A DNA stretch of 64,000 nucleotides from a virus. The stretch is from IMG/VR virus record IMGVR_UViG_3300045988_058019, positions 32,001-96,000 of that record. One strand, given 5' to 3'. The notes below the pieces were generated by a model. The model searched no databases, was not told the DNA's origin, and saw nothing but the letters and a program-made list of their open reading frames with translations. Positions 14,447 through 24,482 of the stretch are shown in pieces; the stretch's first letter is position 1; every line of letters begins with the position of its first letter. The position numbers and the translations under genes are program-made.

Positions 14447-15367
14447 TTAGCAACCGCATCCGCAACCGTTATTATAACCGTAGCCGTAGCCGTAGCCATA
14501 ATCATTCAAGCCACCCTGACAACCAAAAGGATTGCAAGTTAAGTAAGCAGGAACAGGACACGGACGAATTTGATTAACGATGTTTGCAGTTTGAGCTTGC
14601 TGAGAAGCAGACAATTGTAAAGCTTGTTTATCTTCACGCAAAGCATCGATCTTATTCTGCATTTCTCTCATTTCGAGTTGACAGAACTTATCATTGATAA
14701 TTTGAGTCTGTGCATCTATCTTAGCACCTACAATATTAAACTTAGATGCATTATCAGCCATTAAAGAATTGAATCCACTAGTAATTGCATTTTGCAATAT
14801 ATTAGTCTAGTTGTAGTTAGCCAACTGATTTTCATAACCCATCTTAGTGATGTTGTTATTTACTCCACAGATTGCTTCTCTAACATCGCAGCAGCAGCTA
14901 GCTAACTGAGAAGCTAAGCTTGCATTACCAGAAGTAATAGCGTTAATTACTTCACAGCTAGACAATTTAGTATCGCAAGAGATCTGGCTTACTCCAGAAT
15001 TGATAGTATTAAGAGCTGTCTGAACAGAGTTAATATCACAATTCAAAGTACTAGCTAAGTTATTGATGGCATCTTTGTTACCATTAATAGCCTGCATCAA
15101 CAGATTAGTATTAGCGTCATTGTTCAGTTCAGTAGCAAGAGCACCAGCGTTACGTCCGCCAAAACCATTACCACCGAAACCGCCCCAGCAGAAGAAGATC
15201 AGGATGATCCAAATCCACCACCAGCCGCCATTACCACCCATGCCATTGTTGTTCATCATAGCCATTAAAGCAGCGGGATCCATATTACCTTTATTAGCAT
15301 TCTATATTAAAGCAGCAAGACCAGCGTCAATACCGCGATCCTGCACAATAATTCTATCTTCTAACAT
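14447..15367 (-). CDS. Gly/Trp/Cys-rich membrane protein, about 306 codons, C-terminus (GY)4..(GC)3; function unknown
   Basis: ATG 15365-15367. Track ORFs 14807..15283 and 14447..14797 are in the same frame, joined by TAG 14807-14809, with one more TAG upstream. Contains the hydrophobic segment WWWIWIILIFFCWGGF. Ends at TAA 14447-14449. Confidence 0.65.
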
Positions 15368-15396
15368 AATTGATTTAATTTAAAAATTGATTTTTA

Positions 15397-16032
15397 TTAA
15401 TATCTAACGTAGCGAACAGCTTTGCCACGTCCATATTCTGAGTAAGGTTCATACTCTTTTTCTCTTTCGAGCATACGTTCATAGTCATCTTCATAATCTC
15501 TAGCTCTGCTAGTAGAATATACTCTACGACCACCACGCATCATACCACCTCTTCTACCACCTCTACGGAATAAGCCTATGCGTTCAAATTCGTCATCATC
15601 ATCTTCTTCGTATTTATCACGCTTTTCAACTTCTTCCTCATAGCATTCCATTTCAGCTTGTCTGATCTTATCACACATAACGTAAATATAGTAATACCAC
15701 ATCTTACCTTCATCAATGTCTTTATCATTGATCCAAGCCTTTGCCAATTCAACAAAATGCTTAGTACTATTAGAGTTAGTCATACTTATAATTACTTTAT
15801 AGTAATCAGAATAAACCATGTTAAGTGCTACGAACCAATCATAACGGTTAAATCTGCTACCCAGATTTATTCCGTACTGACTAGCTAATGCGGTAGTTTC
15901 TTCTACAGACCAATGCGGTCCACGAGTACCATCCTCATTTTCCATTTTACTTACAGCTTTACGGGCATGTTCCTCATTGAAGTGAGGACCGTGTTCTGCT
16001 TCGTAAGCCTTTACACGAAATATTCTATGCAT
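15397..16032 (-). CDS. Hypothetical protein, 211 aa, acidic region then Arg/Gly-rich C-terminus; no in-frame TAG
   Basis: Intact track ORF with ATG start and TAA stop. Confidence 0.7.
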   Translation of the reverse strand: MHRIFRVKAYEAEHGPHFNEEHARKAVSKMENEDGTRGPHWSVEETTALASQYGINLGSRFNRYDWFVALNMVYSDYYKVIISMTNSNSTKHFVELAKAWINDKDIDEGKMWYYYIYVMCDKIRQAEMECYEEEVEKRDKYEEDDDDEFERIGLFRRGGRRGGMMRGGRRVYSTSRARDYEDDYERMLEREKEYEPYSEYGRGKAVRYVRY

Positions 16033-16065
16033 ATTATTATTGATTAATATTATTGAATATATTGA

Positions 16066-16707
16066 TTATTGTTTAGGTAACTCAATTATGCGAGTATTGG
16101 TTACCTTGATTATTGGGTTACTGTTAACTATCTGATATTTTTTGGTACGTATTTTCTTCCAATCAAAGTGGAAGAACCTAACGAAGCCATTACGGTACTT
16201 GTTCTTGTATTCTTTCTTTTCTTCTACAAACAGAATCTGTTGATTCTTAATATCTAATGTGGCTTTAAGGATTGAGTCCTTCCTACTAACTATGATAGTT
16301 GTTAATGGATTAATTTTAAGTTCTTCGTCAAAATCTATTAGCCTGTGTTTTATAATAGTTCTAACAGAATCTTTAATCTCAGTATTGATTACATTTACAT
16401 CAGTTAGGTTCTTGTCTTTGATTTTAAGCTTCTTCTAAGCATCCTTAGCTTCCTTTAATAAACTATCATTACTAGCATTTAGTTCTTCTATAGTAAGCTA
16501 TAACACTCTGTTTAACTATTCCTTCTAGGATGCTAATTGTTCGTAAGCTCTAACATTGTTAGTTATTCTGTCAATCTCTTTATTCTTCTTTTGTAGCTAA
16601 TGGTTCTAAACAAAAACAGTCGCAATAAGTAAACTAACTAAACCTACTGCGACTGCTCTGAAATTCCTTGTAAACCAATTAACTAACTAATTCAGTATTG
16701 GAATCAT
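16066..16707 (-). CDS. Spanin-like protein (N-terminal TM segment plus coiled coil), about 213 codons
   Basis: ATG 16705-16707 lies inside the 3' end of the holin-like gene. Full frame scan found 7 TAG and no TAA/TGA until TAA 16066-16068. The TM segment is AVAVGLVSLLIATVFV. Confidence 0.45.
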
Positions 16708-17188
16708 CTGGTAATTCTTTATCTAATGATATATCTAAATATTTCTCTCCTTTTGCTTTTATAACCTTTTTGAGGATTTTCCATATTTTCCATTTAGGAT
16801 ATAAGTCGCTAAATGATTCTAGTAACGACCAAAACTCAACTAAGGCTATCATTCCTGCTACTATTTCTACAGCATGCAGGTTAATAGAGGTTACTACCAG
16901 CTAATCTATTATTGATGCACTAGTTATTGCTACTGCTGCATCTCTAGTCTTCCATATAGTTTTCCATGCTTTATGTGATTCAATCTTAGGATGCCCATAT
17001 TTTTTAGAGACTTTATAACCATAGATAGCATCAAGTAGTATCAATATACCGACAGCAGTGATAGGAACCCATACAGGTGCGAATATAGAAAGTAGCCCAG
17101 TTATAACAGAAGCTACGCATTTATCCGCACTACTGAACATGTTCTTAAATATTGACATAGTATGTTCTCCTAATTGTTGGTAATTCAT
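16679..17188 (-). CDS. Holin-like membrane protein, about 169 codons
   Basis: Track ORF 16901..17188 ends in TAG. Scan to TAA 16679-16681 was clean. Several hydrophobic segments and an EFWSLLES motif resemble holin families. Confidence 0.5.
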
Positions 17189-17200
17189 AGATAGTAGCTG

Positions 17201-17258
17201 ATAATAAAAATCAAATAAGCCCTAACAGATTAAAAGGGGAGTAAAATCTGAGAGGGCT
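17201..17258 (-). terminator. Intrinsic terminator candidate downstream of the RT gene
   Basis: Imperfect 14-bp stem (17218-17231 with 17245-17258), followed on the minus strand by TATTTGATTTTTATT. Confidence 0.5.
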
Positions 17259-17302
17259 CGAAATTCCGTTTGAGATTATAATTATATAACGATAAGGTTT
17301 AT

Positions 17303-18325
17303 TTAAGGTTTCTATTTTGAAAATCTTCTTGCATAAACTAATAGCTCTTTATAGCGTAATATTTTCTTTAGTAAGTTAATACCATTACAATGCTTAAGCC
17401 AACCTATGTGACTACACATTTCTTGTTTGTAATCTTCTACTGTAATATGCTTCTTTCTACCTAATCTAGCAGCTTTCCTACACATGCTACGCTTAATATT
17501 CTTCCTTACTAAAGTATAGTTATGTCTTATTACATAACCTACAAATGATATTCCTCTATCTTCTACTTTAAATACCTGATAGTTATCTTTAAAAGATAAT
17601 TTTAAAGTAGCAATATACTACTTCATTTCTTCAAACAATTCTCGTAAATACTCTTTATCCTTATGTAGTATTACTATATCATCTGCATATCTGAAGTAAT
17701 ATTTAACCTATTTATCTTCTTTAAGCCAGTGGTCAAAGTAAGTAAGATACAGATTAGCAAAGAACTAAGATAAGTAATTACCAATAGGTACACCTTCTGC
17801 TGAATCTATTATCTCATCTAATAGCTATAATAACTTCTAATCCTTTATCTTCTTTCTTATTATGCTCTTTAATACTTCATGGTCTATACTAGGATAGAAC
17901 TTTCTGATATCTAACTTAAGACAATAAGTAGTATTATCTACATCTTTTAAAGCTTCTTTAACATTATGTAATGCTTCGTGAATACCTCTGTGTTTAATGC
18001 AACTATAAGTATCTTTAATAAAGATAGATACCCATATAGGTTCCATTATATTCATTACAGCATGATGTACTATTCTATCTGGATAATAAGGTAATCTAAA
18101 TATTAATCTTTCTTTAGGTTCTCTAATTATAAATGTATTATATTCAGAAGTTTTATACGTACCGTTAATTAAATTCTGCTATAGTTTTTTAAGTAATTCT
18201 TCTTTATTCTAGTCAAACTCTTTGATATCTTTTCTACTAGATTTATTTCTTCTAGCTTTCTTATCTGCTAAATATAAATTGTCTAAGCTAACAATCTTAT
18301 CGAATAAATTATTATATCTCTTCAT
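17303..18325 (-). CDS. DGR reverse transcriptase, about 340 codons, 8 in-frame TAG
   Basis: RT motifs DIRKFYPSIDH and YADD are present, plus the DGR-type motif IGNYLS-Q in which the Q is TAG 17765-17767. Full frame scan from ATG 18323-18325 to TAA 17303-17305 found only TAG interruptions. Confidence 0.9.
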
Positions 18326-18461
18326 AAATAATATTTTCTGAAATACCTTCACGCATCTTCACTTTCGTTACCAATGCGTTCAAGAAGCATGTCATATTTT
18401 ACCAAGAGGTAAGGTTCAGCCCTTGATTTTTTGTCAGTTTATAATTTTTTTACGTATTTCA

Positions 18462-18557
18462 GTGTCCTGACATTAGCATTGGAATTGTCTAACTCATTGT
18501 TAGAATTCAAATTGAACAAACCTGCATTAGACTCATTGTCTGAGTTACTGCTGATTT
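18462..18557 (-). repeat. DGR template repeat (TR)
   Basis: 96 nt aligns without gaps to 18700-18795. All 27 differences fall at T on the plus strand (A on the coding strand). TR read in the VR frame is rich in AAY codons (ISSNSDNESNAGLFNLNSNNELDNSNANV). Confidence 0.9.
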
Positions 18558-18586
18558 ACTCACGACTGCAACCTTTTATTGGTTAA

Positions 18587-21148
18587 TTAAAACCAGTTTT
18601 CTTCAGATTCTATAGAATCTATTTGTTCGTAATCTTCATCATTTAATTCCAGTGTAGCTGGAGCAGCTGGCAATGCCGGTTCACCATAGAAGGTAATTCG
18701 AGTCCCGACAAGAGCATGGGAACCGTCCAACCCACCGAGAGAATGCAAAGCGAACAAACCCGCATGAGACCCATGGCCCGAGCCACCGCCGATTAGAAGA
18801 GTTCTAGGTGTAGCTGTAGCACTAGTCCAGTGATAATCACAATAATAAGTTGTAGCACTAGCTCCATTTCCTACTACAGTTGGGAATAGATCTGCCTAAT
18901 TATTATTAACGAGTTTTTTTACATATTGACCAGTAATTGTACTTTCTTTAAAGTCTTGTAACTCATAACCTGCTGCAATTAATTGCTCTGCAGTAGGATT
19001 AGTTCCTCCTTCAAATGTACCAAACTTAGTATAATCTTTGCAGATATATACACTATTGTCAGTACCAGCAACTACTACATCAATTACATTCTTCCATACA
19101 TGACCAAATGGATTCTCAATACCACGGTATCTAGGAACATTAACTACCTTAGTACCAGTAGATGCGCCTTCTGCATTAGTGTTAGTATGAGTATATTCAA
19201 TTATACCAGTACCATTACCTAATGAATTAGTAGTACCACAAGGTACAAAAGAATATGTAGTAGCTCCATTTACAGTTACAGTTCCTGTAGTTACTCCATC
19301 ACCCAAACCACCTTGATGATAGCCTTCTGCAGTTAAGCTAGCATTAAATGCTTTCTGACTATTCAATGTAGCATATTCTACTACGAATAACCAAGTAAGA
19401 TCTCTGTGAGCATCATAAGTATAGATATTCCAGTTGTTAGTTCTATTGTTATTTCTAGCCATAGTCTGGAATTCTGTTCTAGTTTTGCTTACTATAGGAG
19501 CAGCATTACGAACTTGAGTTCTCAATAAATTATTATGACTTGAACTATCTAGATTTACACTTCCCTCATATGCACCAATATATTTCTTTTCTACTTTAGT
19601 ATAACCAGGAAGATTGTATTCACTCATACGAATTTCAACTGTATTATCTGGAGTAGCTATAAGTAATCTATAATGTTCTGGAATCTCTACAAAAGCTTCT
19701 ACACCAACCCCACTACTATCTTGAGATGAGGTAGTACCGTCTTCCCACTTAGTCCAGTCATCTGCTTTTAAGTATTTCTTAGTATTATCTGTATTGCTGA
19801 TAGTACACCCTCTCATCTTACTCTGGATAGGAAGTGTTTTATGCATCTCCATATTACCAGTACGTACACCATCAGAACTAGAACTATTAGCTAAGTCAAA
19901 CTTAACTCCATACCACAGTTCATTTTCATTTCTACTAAGCTTACCAATCTCTTCATCAAGAGTAACAGCTGCACTTATAGCACTAGGACTATCAGCTAAG
20001 TAATTAGTACTTGATAAGTCAGGCATTTCATTAGTTTCAGTTAAACCTACCTTATCATTTACTTTAAGTAAAGTAGTTCTAAGTTCTGTAATATCTTCAT
20101 TTAATGCATCTTCTAAGCTATCGATATTACCTTGTAATTCTGTATCTTTCGCTTTTAATTCGTTTACAGCTGCTTCTCTAGCAGTCTTCTCATCATTAAT
20201 AGCATCGGGAAGAGTTTCATTAATAGCTAACTTTTCAGCACCAGTCATTAAACCAGCAACAGTATTAGTAGCAGGAGTAATAGTAATATCAGCTAAAGTA
20301 GATTCTACATATCTACCATCACTCTTCTCTACTCCAGTAAGACTGATAGTAATGTTATTAACATCTGTTTGATCTAATTGGAATGTACTCAGCAAGTTAT
20401 CAGGCATAGAGTTAACTACATTCTCCATAGCTTTACCTTTACCACCATCATAAGCAGTACCAGTAATATCACCAATAATAATAGCATTAGAATCGATGTG
20501 TACCCATTGTGAACCGGACCATCTAAACTGATAACTTACTTCACCAGGAGTTACATTAACATAGATTTTATCTCTTTCACCTACTATAGGAGTTTCATGT
20601 TCAGCATCTGCATATAACTGTATATTCTAAAGTACTCCAGTAGGAGATACAGTATAAGTAGCATATGCATCCATTACATCATCAACATACGAAGGCAATT
20701 GACTAGCAGGTACTTTACCATTACCATCAAGTTCAGCAAGACCATTAGGTTGACCCTTTAATGCTTTGAAGTCTTGTAAGTCTTCATTTACATCATCAAT
20801 CTTAGTATCTAGTCTATCTACTTGAGCTTTTACAGCAGCATCACCTTTATTAATGGCATCTACTATACTACTGCCTTTAAAATAGTTATTACTACTATTA
20901 TCAGGCAGAGATATAATATCACTATTCTTATCATAGTTCAAACCAACAGATTGTACAATCTCTTTAATGTGAGTCCATTGGTCTACATTAGCATCTCTAT
21001 TCAGTGGTATCCATTTCTTAAGATCAGGACTATATGACTTAATAACATTACCAGTACTGTCTGTTGCTAAGTCAATCCAATAAGAAACCTCTTTAGGATT
21101 TGGAGCATACTTAGATGCTATGAAATTAGGATTTTCTTGTTTAACCAT
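18587..21148 (-). CDS. Tail fibre / receptor-binding protein, DGR target, about 853 codons
   Basis: Track ORFs 20627..21148 and 18896..20428 are in the same frame and both end in TAG. Scan of 20429-20626 was clean. Translation continues through the VR to TAA 18587-18589. The N-terminus shares the motif PNPxEVxYWID with fibre 22961..23866. Confidence 0.8.
18700..18795 (-). repeat. DGR variable repeat (VR) inside the C-terminus of the tail-fibre gene
   Basis: Partner of the TR. Adenine-specific substitutions only. Encodes IGGGSGHGSHAGLFALHSLGGLDGSHALV. Confidence 0.9.
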
Positions 21149-21246
21149 ATTTGCAAATATTTAATAATTAAATAATCTCCTGTTCTGGAGTATCGTATTC
21201 TTTCTATTTCGCATATTCATCATTGAAATATACAATATTGTTTTCA

Positions 21247-22335
21247 TTATGTTATTGGATTTAATGCTACAACTTGACCAGCTTCAGTCTTATCAAAGTA
21301 ATTAACTACAGCAAACTCTTCTTCTGCCTTTTTTCCATTACCTCCTTCACTGTTTACATAACTTCTGATAAACTGCTATCCTCTCTTCTCACTGTTACCT
21401 GCTACGTAACCAAATCTGAATTCAGTACTTATATATTCACTATACACACTACCATTTTCTTTCAAAGTGACTACTCTAAGCTCTATTGATTCAGAGGCAT
21501 TAGTAGTGTTAATACATTTAGAAGATGACTATACTAATATAGTTCCATCTATGTTTATCTATTGATTCCATACTTTATACTGTTTATTATTAAAGGTAAC
21601 ATAACCATTTATAGAAGTATTTGAAGTAGACTAATATGTGAAATCTCTCTGTATAATTAAATTAGGTATACCTTCTACACTGTCATCTACAGGATTAACT
21701 TTATACCATCTATCATTGTATTTAACAGCCTCCCCAACCCATATCTTCTCAAGCATACCTTCTTCAAATACCCAACCGTCTTTATCTGCAAATACATAAT
21801 CCTGAGTATGTATTCCTACACTAAAACCATTTAGCTAATATGCTTTTACTATAGTACCTCCTTTATAAGCAGTACATTCAACAGTTACAATACCATCTTC
21901 TTTTGTACCATACCAGTTTCCTCTAAGTTGTACAATTAACTATTCTGGCATAGTTAAACTAGGGTCATTAGTATATACATCTTGAATGGATTTAATGTCT
22001 ACCATTACACATTCTGCTCCAGATTGAGTATTATCACCTCCCCAGTATAAAAAAGGTTGGGTTCTATCCTCAGAAGAACCCCAACTCCATCCTACGATCT
22101 CACTAGGTATACCTGGAGCATTAGTAATATTAGTACCAGTATCAAAGTCTCTACCGTTAGATGTAGTCCATATGAATCTCAACTATATACTATTGAAATC
22201 ATAGAAGTAAGCTACATCATCCCTAGTAGGCCATATATGGTTTACTCCATCAAATACATCGGATATATTAGTATTGCCTACGGTTCTCTTTTGTAGGGGA
22301 ACTGCTCGTCCCCCTGCTATACCTAACTCTAACAT
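21247..22335 (-). CDS. Tail-fibre-module protein, about 362 codons
   Basis: ATG 22333-22335 overlaps the upstream TAA by 1 nt. Contains track ORF 21940..22182. Read through by eye to TAA 21247-21249 with several TAG. Confidence 0.55.
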
Positions 22336-22955
22336 TATGCACTCTCCTCATCAATAATATTATAAGTCATACCTGCTACTTTAGTAAGCTGATTATATTC
22401 AGCTTCAGTACCAGTCCATATAGGTAATGATATCTTACCACTATTAGCACTAGGTAATGCTAAAGTAACACCGGTACCTTTGTTCATTGCTTGTTGTACA
22501 GGGTCTAACACAGATATCTTATTCTCACTAATCAGTTTGTTTATTAACTGAGTAATGTACTCTTCATCAAGCAGCTCACCAACATTACCAAGATTATTTT
22601 CAATACTACTAATCTTATTGTTAATGCTAGTTATGTTCTGCTCAATATCGTCTATACTAGATTCAAGATTAGTAATTCTATTATTAACCGTAGTTATCTT
22701 ACTATCTAACTTATTTATCTTATTAGTAAGTTCTGATATACTTTGGTTAACTTCATTCTTGAAATCCCCTATTGAAGATTCTATAGTAGCATCTATATAG
22801 TCTTTAATTCTATCATCATTAATTACTAAATCAACAATCTAGTTTATAGGAGCTTTATAGTTATGTTCCTTTTCAGCTACAACCATGTATTCACTACCTT
22901 CAAGATTGCGCTTAGGATCTAGCTCCGATATCTTTATGCCATCACATTTATTCAT
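22335..22955 (-). CDS. Short coiled-coil fibre protein, about 206 codons
   Basis: ATG 22953-22955, one TAG, TAA 22335-22337. The N-terminus MNKCDGIKISELD..GSEYMVVAEKEHNYK is paralogous to the N-terminus of 30701..33982. Confidence 0.55.
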
Positions 22956-22960
22956 AACTA

Positions 22961-23866
22961 TTACTCTTTAAAGAATCCACTAGGAGCACTTACTTTATTA
23001 AATACTACACTATCAGTAGTAGCTAATGATAATTGAGCTCTAGTAACTACATGAGGATTATCTCTTCTAGCTGCATGAGTATCAATAGCATTCTGTGCAT
23101 TAGTAATTAACTGTTTAAGCTCATTAATTTGGGATTGCAAATTATTATCTGCATTAGTTCTATTAGTAATCTCTTGATTAATTAACTCAGTAAGATCAGT
23201 AACTTTACCATCTACATAAGTCTTAAGCTCATTCTTAGCTTTAATAATCTCACTATTTACATAGCTTCTTAAATCACTAATCTATTGGTCAATCTTACTA
23301 TCTAACTCTTGTATATTCTGAGTTAATTCAGTAATCTTCTATTGAATAGAACTTAAATCACTACCTACTATATTAGTTATATCTTGACGTATCTCTTCAA
23401 TATTAGAATTGATATTAGTAATATCTTGATTTATATCATCAATGTTGTTATTAATATTTGTAATATCCTACTTGATATTATTAACATCGCCTTTGATATC
23501 ATTAATCTCATTTCTAATATTGTTAATCTGAGTAGTTAACTCTTCTACTTTCTGATTAATATACTACCACAGTTTATTAACTTCCTCTTTCAGTTCATCT
23601 TTAAATTCAGCTAATTCATTTCTGATTTCAGTTATAGAATCATTAATAAACTGTTCTATCTAATCAAGAGCTCTATTAATATAATCAATGATAGCATCTA
23701 CTTGCTTATCATTCAGATCTAGCGTCTCCCATGTATTAGTATCATTACGATAGTATCTAATACAACCACCATAGTAATTAGATGTAACGTCAATCCAATA
23801 ATCTACTTCTAGAGGATTAGGCTACGTATCTGATGCTCTAAATCTAACTATCTCTCTCTGTAACAT
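22961..23866 (-). CDS. Coiled-coil fibre protein, about 301 codons
   Basis: ATG 23864-23866, frame consistent with TAA 22961-22963. Long heptad-like Asn/Ile/Asp repeats. The N-terminal PNPLEVDYWIDV is paralogous to the DGR target N-terminus. Confidence 0.55.
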
Positions 23867-23869
23867 ATA

Positions 23870-24316
23870 TTATGCTTTAAATGTTGTTATTTTATCTTCT
23901 GTTCCATCATCATATACATCGATATGAACCCATGTAACATCTTCCTCTAAACGTACTTTACATGGTAATAACAAAGGTTTAGCCTTTATTATCTCTCTTA
24001 TTTCTTCTGCAGTCTTATCATCACAAGTGAAGTCCACAGCGTTTCCTGTAATGTGCCCGCTAACATACACTCCTTTCTTACTCTTGACTATAGGACACAG
24101 GTTACAACGCATACCTCTTTGATGCATATTGCCAATATTAATATGCATTGGCATTCGTAAAATATCAGTACGTAGACACAGTAATACATGTAGTAGCTAT
24201 GTACTTAAGAACATCCATGACTATTCTCCAAACCTACTATATATGTGATTACATACTAACTCTTTTACATCAAAGTAAGGTTTAAGTTGTTTAATTATTT
24301 CTTCTCTCGGCATCAT
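23870..24316 (-). CDS. Peptidase M15-type cell-wall hydrolase (endolysin candidate), about 148 codons, 2 in-frame TAG
   Basis: Contains SGHITGNAVDF and WVHIDV, the zinc D-Ala-D-Ala carboxypeptidase/L-Ala-D-Glu peptidase pattern. ATG 24314-24316. Contains track ORF 23870..24154. Ends at TAA 23870-23872. Confidence 0.6.
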
Positions 24317-24482
24317 TGTTATTCATCATTAGAGCATCACCAACTAGATTGGCTGCTACGTTCATACCAAATTGTTTAGTGTCATTATCTATCTCACTTA
24401 CCTTTACGTTGATTTGAAGGAGCAGAAGATATATCTGCTCCAACAATTCTCTATCTGTCATATGTGCTAAGTATGGGTTCAT
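24291..24482 (-). CDS. Small hypothetical protein, 63 aa
   Basis: Intact track ORF. Its ATG overlaps the upstream TAA by 1 nt. TAA stop. Confidence 0.5.
   Translation of the reverse strand: MNPYLAHMTDRELLEQIYLLLLQINVKVSEIDNDTKQFGMNVAANLVGDALMMNNNDAERRNN

Larger units (their letters stand above)
17303..21148 (-). mobile_element. Diversity-generating retroelement cassette: target gene with VR, then TR, spacer and RT
   Basis: Canonical order and A-to-N mutation pattern. No Avd-like small ORF was recognised. Confidence 0.85.

Noticed and set aside
15063-15383. Plus-strand track ORFs antisense to minus-strand genes. Examples: 697..924, 1240..1584, 5647..5895, 15063..15383, 26698..26979, 29368..29619, 41353..41775, 52944..53210, 55270..55781.
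   Set aside because: They have low-complexity Ser/Leu/Pro-rich mirror-frame translations and lie entirely within well-supported opposite-strand genes.
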